64,000 nucleotides of DNA from Nitrospirota bacterium (GTDB lineage: Bacteria; Nitrospirota; UBA9217): positions 1 to 64,000 of the forward strand of contig CAVVOB010000038.1 of assembly GCA_963749655.1 (NCBI GenBank), given 5' to 3'. The position numbers were made by a program, and so were the translations under genes. Below are positions 30,760 through 39,449 of the stretch, piece by piece (the first letter of the stretch is position 1; every line of letters starts with the position of its first letter). Below the pieces are notes generated by a model. That model was given only the letters and a program-made list of their open reading frames with translations. It ran no database searches and was not told the DNA's origin.

Positions 30760-30939
30760 ATCCCGCACCTTGGCATCCCCCGGCGGAGCCGGGGGTGGAA
30801 AGCGTTCACTCGCGCGGGACACGAACGTGTCACGCATGCGCGAGTTCGCAGTTCCACCTGGCACTCCGTGCATCCGCACTCGTAAACGCCGGGTGCAGGC
30901 GGGAGGTCGCTATGATTTAGAGTCCCGACAGGTCGGGAT
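30760..30939 (+). repeat. Structured dispersed element, copy 1 (copy 2 at 59140-59380)
   Basis: 57-nt identical core 30854-30910 = 59293-59349, with flanking hairpins conserved in structure. Confidence 0.85.
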
Positions 30940-31081
30940 GCCGGGGGGGGCTCCACTGCGCTCCCGCGGCGTTATTTTCCGACGAAGTTATGATATAATA
31001 AAAACGATTTCAATATTCGACGACGGAACGAGTCGACATTAAGATGTTGTTTAATACACTCTTGCAACAGGACAGATGATC

Positions 31082-31768
31082 ATGAAAAAAATTGTCATCG
31101 CCGAATCGCTCAAAACACTCATCCTGAACGGAGACAGCCTCTTTCGCCGGTCCGACATACAGGTGTTTACCGCAGCTACGAATGACCAGATCCTCGAACT
31201 TCACCGCCGGGAAAATGTGAACCTCATCATCACCCGGCTCGATATTCCGGGGATGAACAGCGAAGAGCTCTACACGTTGATCAGGAACGACCGTGTGCTT
31301 CGCCAGGTGTCGCTGATAATGCTTTGCGAGGAAACCGAGCGCGAGAAGGCGGAGCGCTGCAAACCGAACGCTGTTTTTGCGCCGGCGCCTGACATGAAGT
31401 CCCTGATCGAGAAGGCGCAGCGACTGTTGAATATTTCGGGACGCGAATCGTACCGGGTGCTGCTGAGCGTGAAGATCGAGAGCAACGGCAAGGACCGGTC
31501 GTTCTTCTGCAAATCGGAGAACCTCAGCGCTTCCGGCCTGCTTCTCGAAACGGACCATGTCCTCGCCAAGGGCGACCGCGTCGTATGCTCGTTCTTTCTT
31601 CCTGAATCCCGCCGGATCATATTGACCGGTGAAGTGGTCAGGGACATCCAGCAGACCGGCCAGGCCTCGGGCCACCGCTACGGCATCAAGTTTTTTCAGG
31701 TTTCCTCAGGCGACAAGGCCGCTATCGAGGATTTCGTGGGCAAAAAAGCCCAAATGTTTCATTCGTAA
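31082..31768 (+). CDS. Degenerate receiver + PilZ domain protein
   Basis: PilZ motifs RESYR (RxxxR) and NLSASG ([DN]xSxxG). The REC-like N-terminus lacks the acidic pocket and phospho-Asp. Confidence 0.85.
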   Translation: MKKIVIAESLKTLILNGDSLFRRSDIQVFTAATNDQILELHRRENVNLIITRLDIPGMNSEELYTLIRNDRVLRQVSLIMLCEETEREKAERCKPNAVFAPAPDMKSLIEKAQRLLNISGRESYRVLLSVKIESNGKDRSFFCKSENLSASGLLLETDHVLAKGDRVVCSFFLPESRRIILTGEVVRDIQQTGQASGHRYGIKFFQVSSGDKAAIEDFVGKKAQMFHS

Positions 31769-31866
31769 GAGACAGCCGCCGTTCTTTGCGCCATTCCCCG
31801 TAAAAACCCTCCCGTTCTCCATCCCTCTGACGCCTTCGGCACATTTTTCAGCGTCCTTCGCCTTTC

Positions 31867-31896
31867 TTGACATGCCCCCCGGCGGGGTGCTATCTT
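31867..31896 (+). promoter_or_regulatory. Sigma70 promoter upstream of the riboswitch
   Basis: TTGACA-18 nt-TATCTT with an extended TG. Confidence 0.55.
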
Positions 31897-31914
31897 TAAT
31901 TAGGATAAGATTGC

Positions 31915-32000
31915 TCCCGATAAGCCAAACTCTTCGCAAGGAGAAGGCGGAAAGTCACGGGCCTTCGTCATCGTGGGGGAAGACAGCCGGGCTGCCGAAG
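31915..32000 (+). ncRNA. c-di-GMP-I (GEMM-I) riboswitch aptamer
   Basis: CGATAAGCCAAAC-TCTTC-GCAA-GGAGA-AGGCGGAAAGTCACGG...AGACAGCCGGGCTGCCG: GNRA-capped P2, AAA bulge and Geobacter-type 3' segment. Confidence 0.85.
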
Positions 32001-32040
32001 GATCAGAAGGGATTTGCGGGCGGCCCGGCTTTGTTGTTTT
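31985..32040 (+). terminator. Riboswitch expression-platform terminator
   Basis: AGCCGGGCTGCC ... GGCGGCCCGGCT followed by TTGTTGTTTT; the 5' arm is the aptamer 3' strand. Confidence 0.8.
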
Positions 32041-32252
32041 GAGGGGAGTCCCCGTGCTGGTCGCGGCGCCGAGGCCGGGTTCGTGAGTGAAAAACCTCGC
32101 AGAGTGCTGGTGAGAGAGCGGAGCGCGGAAATTTCTCCCGGGGAGAAAAACCGGCAAACGGGACCAGGGCCGGAGGAACGGCTCCATACCGGCTTTCGGC
32201 CTCTTCCGGATGCCGGTTTGATTTTTGAATGGAAGTCTCAAGGAGGTGGGTC

Positions 32253-32702
32253 ATGCCTGATCCGAGAAATACGGGAATATCGAGCATCACAGGAAAGCTC
32301 GTGGCCATCCGGCACGCAACGGACCTCGACCGCGTCATCGTCGGGGAGTATCTCAAGCAGAACCATGACGATTCCGACCTCAACAGCTCGGAGCTTGTTG
32401 TCGCCGTCGAGGACGACCGGATCATCGGGTTCGCGGTCCTGAAGCAGGCGGACGGGACCGGATGCCTGTCCGTGTTCGAGGACAGCAGAAGAAAGGGCAT
32501 CGGAACGTCGATCGTAAGGCACCTTTCGGAATTCGCGCATACCGAGCGCATTTATGCAACGCGCTATGCGAGCTACTTCACCCATGCAGGCGTGGCGCAG
32601 CTTCGCAAGGTCCGCGCATCGCGCCAGCGGGAGGCGGGGAAACCGTGCCGCCTGCCGTTGATGGAGAGGCTTTCCATTCCGGCTTATCAGAAGGCCTCAT
32701 GA
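32253..32702 (+). CDS. GNAT-fold-like protein (degenerate)
   Basis: IRHAT..D, VAVEDDRIIGF, RRKGIGTSIV; AGGAGG RBS. Confidence 0.7.
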   Translation: MPDPRNTGISSITGKLVAIRHATDLDRVIVGEYLKQNHDDSDLNSSELVVAVEDDRIIGFAVLKQADGTGCLSVFEDSRRKGIGTSIVRHLSEFAHTERIYATRYASYFTHAGVAQLRKVRASRQREAGKPCRLPLMERLSIPAYQKAS

Positions 32703-32712
32703 GGATGCACCC

Positions 32713-33642
32713 ATGAAACGACGCTACGATGCCGTCATCATCGGCGCAGGACCGGGCGGTTTGCAGGCCGCCATTTATCTCGGACGCTATAACCGGGACG
32801 TGCTGCTTCTGGACAGGAGCGGCGGGCGGACGTGGCATGCGAACCGGATCGAGAACGTCCTGGCGCACCGCACCATTGCGGGCAGCGAGATCATCGAACG
32901 GGGCATGGAACAGGCGCGGCGGTTCCATGTTGCGGTCGAACGGCAGAGGGTGATTTCGGTCAGGAAGGGCGAACGTTTCATCGTAACAACGGCGGAGGGT
33001 TCCTACGACGCCCGTTACGTGATCGTCTCGTCGGGCATATACGATATCATGCCTCCCCTGGAAAATGTGTTCAAGTTTCTCGGGAAGGGATACTACACGT
33101 GCATCGACTGCGATGGATATGAGATGACGGGCAAGCAGGTGGTCGTGACGGGGGATGCGCTCGAGACCGTCAACATCGCCCTTGCAGTAAAGCAGATGTT
33201 TACAACGGACATCACCTACGTTCCCTGGGGGTTCAGCCTCCCGGACACGGCGGAGGAGGTCCTTGAAGAGGAAGGGATCAGCATCGTGACCGGCGAGCCG
33301 ATAACGATCATCGGCGAACAGGAAGTGGAGGGCCTTGAGTTAAGGAACGGCGAGCGGGTGCCCTGCCGGGCGATCATGGGCTCCTTCGGCGTCAGGCTGA
33401 ATGATGATTTCCTTGACGGGCTCGGCCTGAAGAAGGACGCTCTCGGGTTCAAGTATGTTGTAAACAGTGTGTACGAGTCGTCGGCGCGCGGCCTCTATAT
33501 CGTGGGCCCGCTCAACACAGGACAGGACCAGGTCGTGATCGCCGCGGGCGAGGGGGCTGTCGCGGCCATAGACATCAACAAGCGTCTGCTGGAGGAGAAG
33601 GACGTGCGGGCCGAAGAGTACGCAGGCGCCGGGCACGCATGA
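32713..33642 (+). CDS. Thioredoxin reductase-like FAD/NAD(P) oxidoreductase
   Basis: IIGAGPGG, CIDCDG, QVVIAAGEGA.AA. Confidence 0.88.
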   Translation: MKRRYDAVIIGAGPGGLQAAIYLGRYNRDVLLLDRSGGRTWHANRIENVLAHRTIAGSEIIERGMEQARRFHVAVERQRVISVRKGERFIVTTAEGSYDARYVIVSSGIYDIMPPLENVFKFLGKGYYTCIDCDGYEMTGKQVVVTGDALETVNIALAVKQMFTTDITYVPWGFSLPDTAEEVLEEEGISIVTGEPITIIGEQEVEGLELRNGERVPCRAIMGSFGVRLNDDFLDGLGLKKDALGFKYVVNSVYESSARGLYIVGPLNTGQDQVVIAAGEGAVAAIDINKRLLEEKDVRAEEYAGAGHA

Positions 33643-33655
33643 GTAGGACAGGATT

Positions 33656-34663
33656 TCACTCCCACTTGAAGATCAATGATCCGATCGCGAGAAATACCGC
33701 GCTCATTATGCTCAGAATCAGGAGCTGGGGCGCAATGTCGGCAAGTCCCGCCCCTTCGGTCATGACCGCGCGGGCGCTGTCCACGATGTGGGTAAGGGGA
33801 AAGAAGGGGGCGATCTTCCGGACCAGGGGATTGGTGCCTTCGAGGGAGAACCACACGCCCGACAGCAGCATCATCGGCCAGGTGATCAGATTCAGGATGC
33901 CGCCGGCAAGCTCCTCGCTGGCAAGCCGTGATGAAATGAGGAGCCCCAGTGATATGAGGCAAACCGCGCCGAGCAGCGAAACGAAAAACAGGTTTATGTA
34001 CGAACCCCGCATCTGGAAGTGGATGAAGACGTTGCACCCTGCGTACACGAAGACGGTGATGAACTGGATCAGGATGAGGCGCGACACCATCTGGGCCGAG
34101 AGAAATTCGAAAGGGTTCAGGGGCGTTGCCTTGAGCCTCTTGAGGAAGCCGTTCTTGCGGTACCGGACGATGACGTAGCCCACGCCGAAGAGGCAGCTGA
34201 ACATCATGTTCACGGCGAGGATGCCCGGCACGACCCAGTCCACATAGCGGATCTCACGGCCCCGCAGCACGATCCGCTCGTACTTCGCCCCTCCGCTCCC
34301 CCGCAGCATCCGCTCCAGCACATAACCGTTGGGAGAATTCTCGTTGATCCAGTAGCGCATGCCCGAACGGACGTCGATCAGCATGTCGAGCTGGAAGTGA
34401 TCGACTTTCGAGACGGCCCTGTCCCGGTCTTCGACGCTGATGAACTGCACGTACCGCGTGTCGAAGAACTCCCGCTCGGGGCCGCGAAGCATCGCCGTGT
34501 CGCCCATCACACCGACCTTGAACAGGGGCTTCGGTTCGCCGGAGAACAGGGCGGCAAAACCGAAGACCAGGAGGAGGGGGAACAGGATATTCCAGCCCAG
34601 GGCCGACGAGTCGCGGATGAACTCCATGTTCCGGGCGTGGAGGATGGCGAGAAATTTTTTCAT
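33656..34663 (-). CDS. ABC-2 type permease
   Basis: RYVDW.VPGILA, LKRLKATP, PLTH. Confidence 0.9.
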   Translation of the reverse strand: MKKFLAILHARNMEFIRDSSALGWNILFPLLLVFGFAALFSGEPKPLFKVGVMGDTAMLRGPEREFFDTRYVQFISVEDRDRAVSKVDHFQLDMLIDVRSGMRYWINENSPNGYVLERMLRGSGGAKYERIVLRGREIRYVDWVVPGILAVNMMFSCLFGVGYVIVRYRKNGFLKRLKATPLNPFEFLSAQMVSRLILIQFITVFVYAGCNVFIHFQMRGSYINLFFVSLLGAVCLISLGLLISSRLASEELAGGILNLITWPMMLLSGVWFSLEGTNPLVRKIAPFFPLTHIVDSARAVMTEGAGLADIAPQLLILSIMSAVFLAIGSLIFKWE

Positions 34664-34686
34664 GTGAGACCTGCAAGCCTTTCTTG

Positions 34687-34964
34687 GCCACGAATTGACA
34701 CGAATTTTCACGAATTAAAAACAAGACAAACAAGAACTCTTGACTCGTTAAAGAATTTCAGGTGTTTCTTAAATTCGTGTTAATTCGTGTCAATTCGTGG
34801 CAAAATCCAAAGAGGTTCTGAAGTGATGTTTATGAGTCAAAGCCTTGGTTCAGCCACGAATTTCACGAATTTTCACGAATTAAAAACAAGACAAACAAGA
34901 AGCTCTTGAAGTTAAAGAATCTCAGGTGTTTCCCAAATTCGTGCAATTGGTGTCAATTCGCGGC
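34687..34964. repeat. Two tandem inverted nonamer (CACGAATTN)n elements with near-identical spacers
   Basis: 34687-34801 and 34853-34964, both with the spacer TAAAAACAAGACAAACAAGAA...GTTAAAGAAT.TCAGGTGTTTC. Confidence 0.9.
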
Positions 34965-34973
34965 TAAAACAAC

Positions 34974-35858
34974 TTAGCCTCTCAGATCTTTTCCCGTCAG
35001 CGCGATGAACAGGTCTTCGAGGCTCCAGGAGCGCATGTTCATCCGGTTGAGCGACACGCCCCGCTCCAGGAGCATCCTGATGGTGCCGTCGACGTCATGG
35101 GCCTGGATCTCGCACCAGCCCGGCTGCTTCGATACGCAAAGGCCCAGGCCGTCGAGCCTGCCCGCCACATCCTCTTCGGGGAACTGCAGGATGACGTTGC
35201 CGAAGTGCTCCTTGAGCAGGTGGGCCGGCGTGCCCCGGGAGATGATTTTGCCGCGGTCCATGATGGCGATCTCGTCGCAGAGCGCATAGGCTTCGTCCAT
35301 GTAGTGCGTGGTCAGGACCACGGTCTTGCCCTGCGAGCGAAGCAGGGCTATGAGGTCCCAGAAATTGCGCCGCGACTGCGGATCGAGACCGGTCGTGGGC
35401 TCGTCGAGGAAGAGTACCTCGGGGTCGTTGATCAGCGCCAGGGCCATCAGCAGCCGCTGCCGCTGGCCGCCTGACAGCTTGCGCGCGTCCCGGTCGAGAA
35501 ACTCGTCGAGGCTGCACAGCCGTATGACTTCCTGCAGGTTGAGGGTCCGTGGATAGAGGTTCTTGAAAAGCCTGAGCGTCTCGCGGACGGTCAGGAATTC
35601 CTGGAGCGAGGTGACCTGAAACTGGATGCCGGCCTCTTTGCGGAACCGGTCCCCCGCAGGAGCGCCCTTGTACAGGGTGCTCCCGGAATCGGGCTGCTGA
35701 ATGCCCTCCACGATTTCGATGAGCGTGGTCTTGCCCGCCCCATTCGGGCCGAGCAGGCCGAAGCAGATCCCCTGCTCGATGGAAAGGCTGATGCCGTCGA
35801 CGGCCCTGATGCCGGGATAGGTCTTTACGAGGTTGTGTATTTCGATGATCGGCGCCAT
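34974..35858 (-). CDS. ABC transporter ATP-binding protein
   Basis: GPNGAGKT, LSGGQRQR, LDEPTTGLD, TTHY. Confidence 0.93.
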   Translation of the reverse strand: MAPIIEIHNLVKTYPGIRAVDGISLSIEQGICFGLLGPNGAGKTTLIEIVEGIQQPDSGSTLYKGAPAGDRFRKEAGIQFQVTSLQEFLTVRETLRLFKNLYPRTLNLQEVIRLCSLDEFLDRDARKLSGGQRQRLLMALALINDPEVLFLDEPTTGLDPQSRRNFWDLIALLRSQGKTVVLTTHYMDEAYALCDEIAIMDRGKIISRGTPAHLLKEHFGNVILQFPEEDVAGRLDGLGLCVSKQPGWCEIQAHDVDGTIRMLLERGVSLNRMNMRSWSLEDLFIALTGKDLRG

Positions 35859-35991
35859 AACTCTTCCGCATGATTCGCAGCTGTTCTTTCGAAAACAGTA
35901 GCACGCGGTCCGGGCGCTGTCAAGGCTGCGCAGGCGCAGCGTAACTGAAAGTGATATAATTTTGATTATTCCCTATAAAAGCGGAATTTTT

Positions 35992-36066
35992 ACCGCAGAG
36001 CCACAGAGGCGCGGAGGAGAACCCCGGTTCTTACAGGTTTTCTCTGTGTCTTCGCGTCTCAGCGGT
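35992..36066. repeat. Inverted nonamer array, (CGCRGAGGN)n family
   Basis: ACCGCAGAG CCACAGAGG CGCGGAGGAGA ... TCTCTGTG TCTTCGCG TCTCAGCGGT; same family at 60690-60757 and 61044-61134. Confidence 0.8.
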
Positions 36067-36148
36067 AGATCAGAATTTTCTGACTGTATTATTTTTAACA
36101 GGTGTGAAAAGACTGCGTGAAAAGAGTCATCACGAAAGGGAGGCCCTC

Positions 36149-36946
36149 ATGACCGAAAAAATGCCCGTTCTCTTCATCGGACACGGCTCCCCCATGAACA
36201 TCATCCTGGACAACAGCTATACGAGGAGCCTTGCTGCGCTGGGGAAGAACCTGCCCAGGCCCCGGGCGATCATGGTCGTCTCAGCGCACTGGCTCACGAA
36301 GGGGACCTCCGTGACGTGCATGGATAAGCCGGGCACCATTCATGACTTTTACGGATTTCCCGAAGAGCTGTACGCGCTCCGCTATCCCAGCCCCGGCGCT
36401 CCCGACGAGGCGCAGCTGGTGACGGAGCTCGTGAAGAACGTCAAGGTGGGGTGCAGCAGGGAGTGGGGACTCGATCACGCGTCATGGGCCGTCCTGAAGC
36501 ACCTCTATCCCCGGGCGGACGTCCCCGTGTTCGAAATGAGCCTGGCGTATACGTACAACGAATGGCATCCCAAACCGTTGAACTACCATTACGACCTGGC
36601 CCGGGAGCTTGGGGAGCTGCGCAACCGCGGCGTTCTCATCATCGGGAGCGGCAATATCGTCCATAACCTGGGTATGCTCGATTTCGAGAACATCGATGCG
36701 CCGGTTTTCGACTGGGCCGGAGAGTTCGACGAGAAAGTGAAGTCCAGCCTCCTTAACAGGAACCACGACGATCTGATACATTATCAGGACCTGGGCCGTT
36801 CGGCGCTTCTGGCAGTTCCCACCCTCGACCATTATCTGCCCATGATCTATGCCCTTGCCCTGCAGGAAAAGAACGAGCCCCTCGCCTTCACCCACGAAGG
36901 GTTCCAGTACGGCTCCATCTCGATGCGCTGCTTCAGGATCGGATGA
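36149..36946 (+). CDS. ygiD: 4,5-DOPA dioxygenase extradiol (YgiD/LigB family)
   Basis: FIGHGSPMN, SAHW, HDFYGFP, GLDH, GSGNIVHNL, PT.DHYLP. Confidence 0.92.
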   Translation: MTEKMPVLFIGHGSPMNIILDNSYTRSLAALGKNLPRPRAIMVVSAHWLTKGTSVTCMDKPGTIHDFYGFPEELYALRYPSPGAPDEAQLVTELVKNVKVGCSREWGLDHASWAVLKHLYPRADVPVFEMSLAYTYNEWHPKPLNYHYDLARELGELRNRGVLIIGSGNIVHNLGMLDFENIDAPVFDWAGEFDEKVKSSLLNRNHDDLIHYQDLGRSALLAVPTLDHYLPMIYALALQEKNEPLAFTHEGFQYGSISMRCFRIG

Positions 36947-36965
36947 AAAGGCAAAAAAAATTTTT

Positions 36966-37070
36966 GCCACGAATTTACGAATTTCACGAATTAAAAACAA
37001 AAAGCTTCTAACGATTCGAAGAATCTTTGGTTTTTTTAAAAATTCGTGTAAATTCGTGTCAATTCGTGGC
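36966..37070. repeat. Inverted nonamer (CACGAATTN)n element
   Basis: GCCACGAATTTACGAATTTCACGAATT...AATTCGTGTAAATTCGTGTCAATTCGTGGC; an extra half arm at 37122-37150. Confidence 0.85.
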
Positions 37071-37163
37071 TAAAGCTGTAATTCTTTTTAATCGTTAAAG
37101 CTTTTTGCTTGTTCTAACTTTAATTCATGACCAGTCGTGAAATTCGTGGCTGAACTAAATCCT

Positions 37164-38319
37164 TTAAAAGTGTCCCACATCCCGACGCTTGCCGTGCGCC
37201 ACCGGCCGCCGGAAGCCCGTGCTTGTTCCCCAGGCGCTGGTCTGCCAGTTGTCGTTCCGGTCCATATCGGGGATCCAGGGCGGAAGAGGCAGCCGCAGCC
37301 TGACGGACAGTGCGTGCACATAAGGTTCGTACATGCGACGCAGCTCCGTCAGCCGCCCTGCAGCGTCGGCTTGGGGTTGCAGCTGCACTTCTTCGGAGTT
37401 CAGAAAAGCGCGCAGCGTGGCAAGGTCCTCAGACGGCAGGCGGTCGGTATCCGGCTCCCGCGGAGGCCTGCGAAGGACGAGCGCAAGATCGACGATGGCA
37501 TGTCTTGCCATTGCAAAAGTAAGCTGGGCCTGGCGAACGGCTTCTCCCTCCAAGTGAGTGATCACGAAGGCACTGGTATCGAGGATGGCCGTGAGCGCGG
37601 CAAGCCAGGACTGGTTATCGTGCTGAGACCGGAAATAGACGAGCACCGGGTAGGACAGGTGGCTTTCGAGCAGCTCCGCAGACCACCGCTCCCATTCATG
37701 CAGGAGCGCGACAAGGGAATTTGCTTTTTCACGGCCGTGGTCGCGGATGTGCCGGCGCAGGATCTCGAGCGCAGAGGGAGGGGAGCCCGCGCGTGCGTCA
37801 AGGAGTGATATATTGACCTCCCTCCGGGAGAAGGACTGGTTCAGGGCCGGGAGGTAACTGATCACGATCGCAAGGAATCCGAATCCCATCCCTGCTTCGA
37901 GCACCATGAGCATCCTTACGCGCATGGGTGCGGGGTACGATGTCGCCCAGTCCGAGGGTGAAGAACGTGGTCCCGCTGAAATAGAGACACGCGCCGAAGG
38001 TCACGGTCCCTTCGGGGGTCCTGATGGCGTTGCCCGGCGCCCAGTACAGGAGCGCATACCCGAAAATGAGCACCGCGGCCCAGATGCTCAGCAGGGCAGG
38101 CAGGGAAAGGGGGCCGAAATAGCTCAGAAAGTTTTCCTGGACTTTCGGGCTCGAAAAGAGCCGGGAAGCTTTCGACCATATCGGCCAGGTAGAGCGATAG
38201 AAGAGGCGAGCGAGCCGGAGTTTTCTCGTCACCCGCCGCGGCAGCACAACGGTCTCGAAGGCGTCCACGAGGACCGTGATGATGAGGCCTATTCCCACAA
38301 GGAATGCGATGATCGACAT
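37164..38319 (-). CDS. Potassium channel family protein (frameshift near 37925)
   Basis: YFSGTTFFTLGLGDIVP pore-filter-like motif; C-terminal HLSYPVL.YFRSQH. Confidence 0.82.
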
Positions 38320-38544
38320 AGTGCTCTCCCGCACCTTTTGATATTGTCATTATATCACTGCGGTTTTCGGCAGGCGTTCCGCCGGAATCGAGCACCGCAG
38401 GTTCCCGCAGAGGTGCTACTTTCTACCGAACCGCTCTCTCCGGTCGATTCCGTGCGCAGGGGGAAGAAGCTCAGGTCCGGAAGGGACGGTTTTTCGTTGT
38501 ACTGCAGCCTTTGGTCGGGTACAATGGATTCTGTTCTCATATCT

Positions 38545-39159
38545 ATGACCGCCATCACGCAGAGGTGCACTGTGCAATCAGTCGGAAAAACGCTCGAAAA
38601 AGCACTCGCTCATTACGAAAAAAAGGAATATGCACCGGCTGAGAAGGCGGTAGACGAGCTTCTCAAGGCCCAGCCGGGCTTTCACCGGGGAGAATTTCTC
38701 AAGGCCGTGATCCTCGAGGAGACGGGGAGGGCATCGGAAGCGGAGAAACATTATGAGCTGGCCGGCAATCGCTTCACGCTCTGGTCCCGCCTGGCCCTGC
38801 AGCTTCATGATATCGATCCTGACCGGGCGATCGTCTATTACAAGCGGGTGACCGCGATGGACCCGCAGAACAATTTACTCTGGTTCAAGCTGGGGAGCTT
38901 GTATGAAACCCTGGGCCGGATTGATGAGGCCCGTACCTGCTTCAGGAACCTTGCGCCGGGAAAGGAAGTCCTTGCCCGGATACTCATTCCCCTGGGATTC
39001 ATGATCTTTTTGATCAGCGGGGCGGTCGCGATGCTCCAGCGGAAGGAAACGGGTCTTGTCGCGGTCGTCATTGCTTCGGCAATCTTCTGTCTGTTCTGGC
39101 TCAAGCGGGACGGAGGGCGCGCGCTGCAGATGCTCGGAAAGAAACGCAAGTATGCATGA
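38545..39159 (+). CDS. TPR protein with two C-terminal TM helices (start uncertain)
   Basis: TPR-like DP.N...W..LG..Y..LGR.DEA; hydrophobic C-terminus. Confidence 0.75.
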   Translation: MTAITQRCTVQSVGKTLEKALAHYEKKEYAPAEKAVDELLKAQPGFHRGEFLKAVILEETGRASEAEKHYELAGNRFTLWSRLALQLHDIDPDRAIVYYKRVTAMDPQNNLLWFKLGSLYETLGRIDEARTCFRNLAPGKEVLARILIPLGFMIFLISGAVAMLQRKETGLVAVVIASAIFCLFWLKRDGGRALQMLGKKRKYA

Positions 39160-39449
39160 GGCGGAAGCCGTCCCTTTCTCCTCCTGCTGAGGGCCGTCCG
39201 CCGGCGTGCAGGATCCTGCGCCGGCCCGGCGCAGCGGGATTCCCTTCGCCAAGCTGCGGGTATCCGTCGACCCCGACGCGTTACAAGTCTCTTCCTGTTA
39301 TTGTTCTTCTCTCACGAACTACCGGTGTCCCTCATCCCTTTCCGGGCAGATTCCGAAGCAGGCGTTTTTCCGCAAAGTCATTTCAGAGGACTTTTTGTCG
39401 CAGCCATATGCTATAATATTTTATCGCGTATTCGGGAGGATAGATCGAG

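Noticed and set aside
34687-34964. Repeat-spacer pattern as a CRISPR array
   Set aside because: The repeats are inverted 9-mer arrays, the spacers are near-identical rather than unique, and no cas genes are present.
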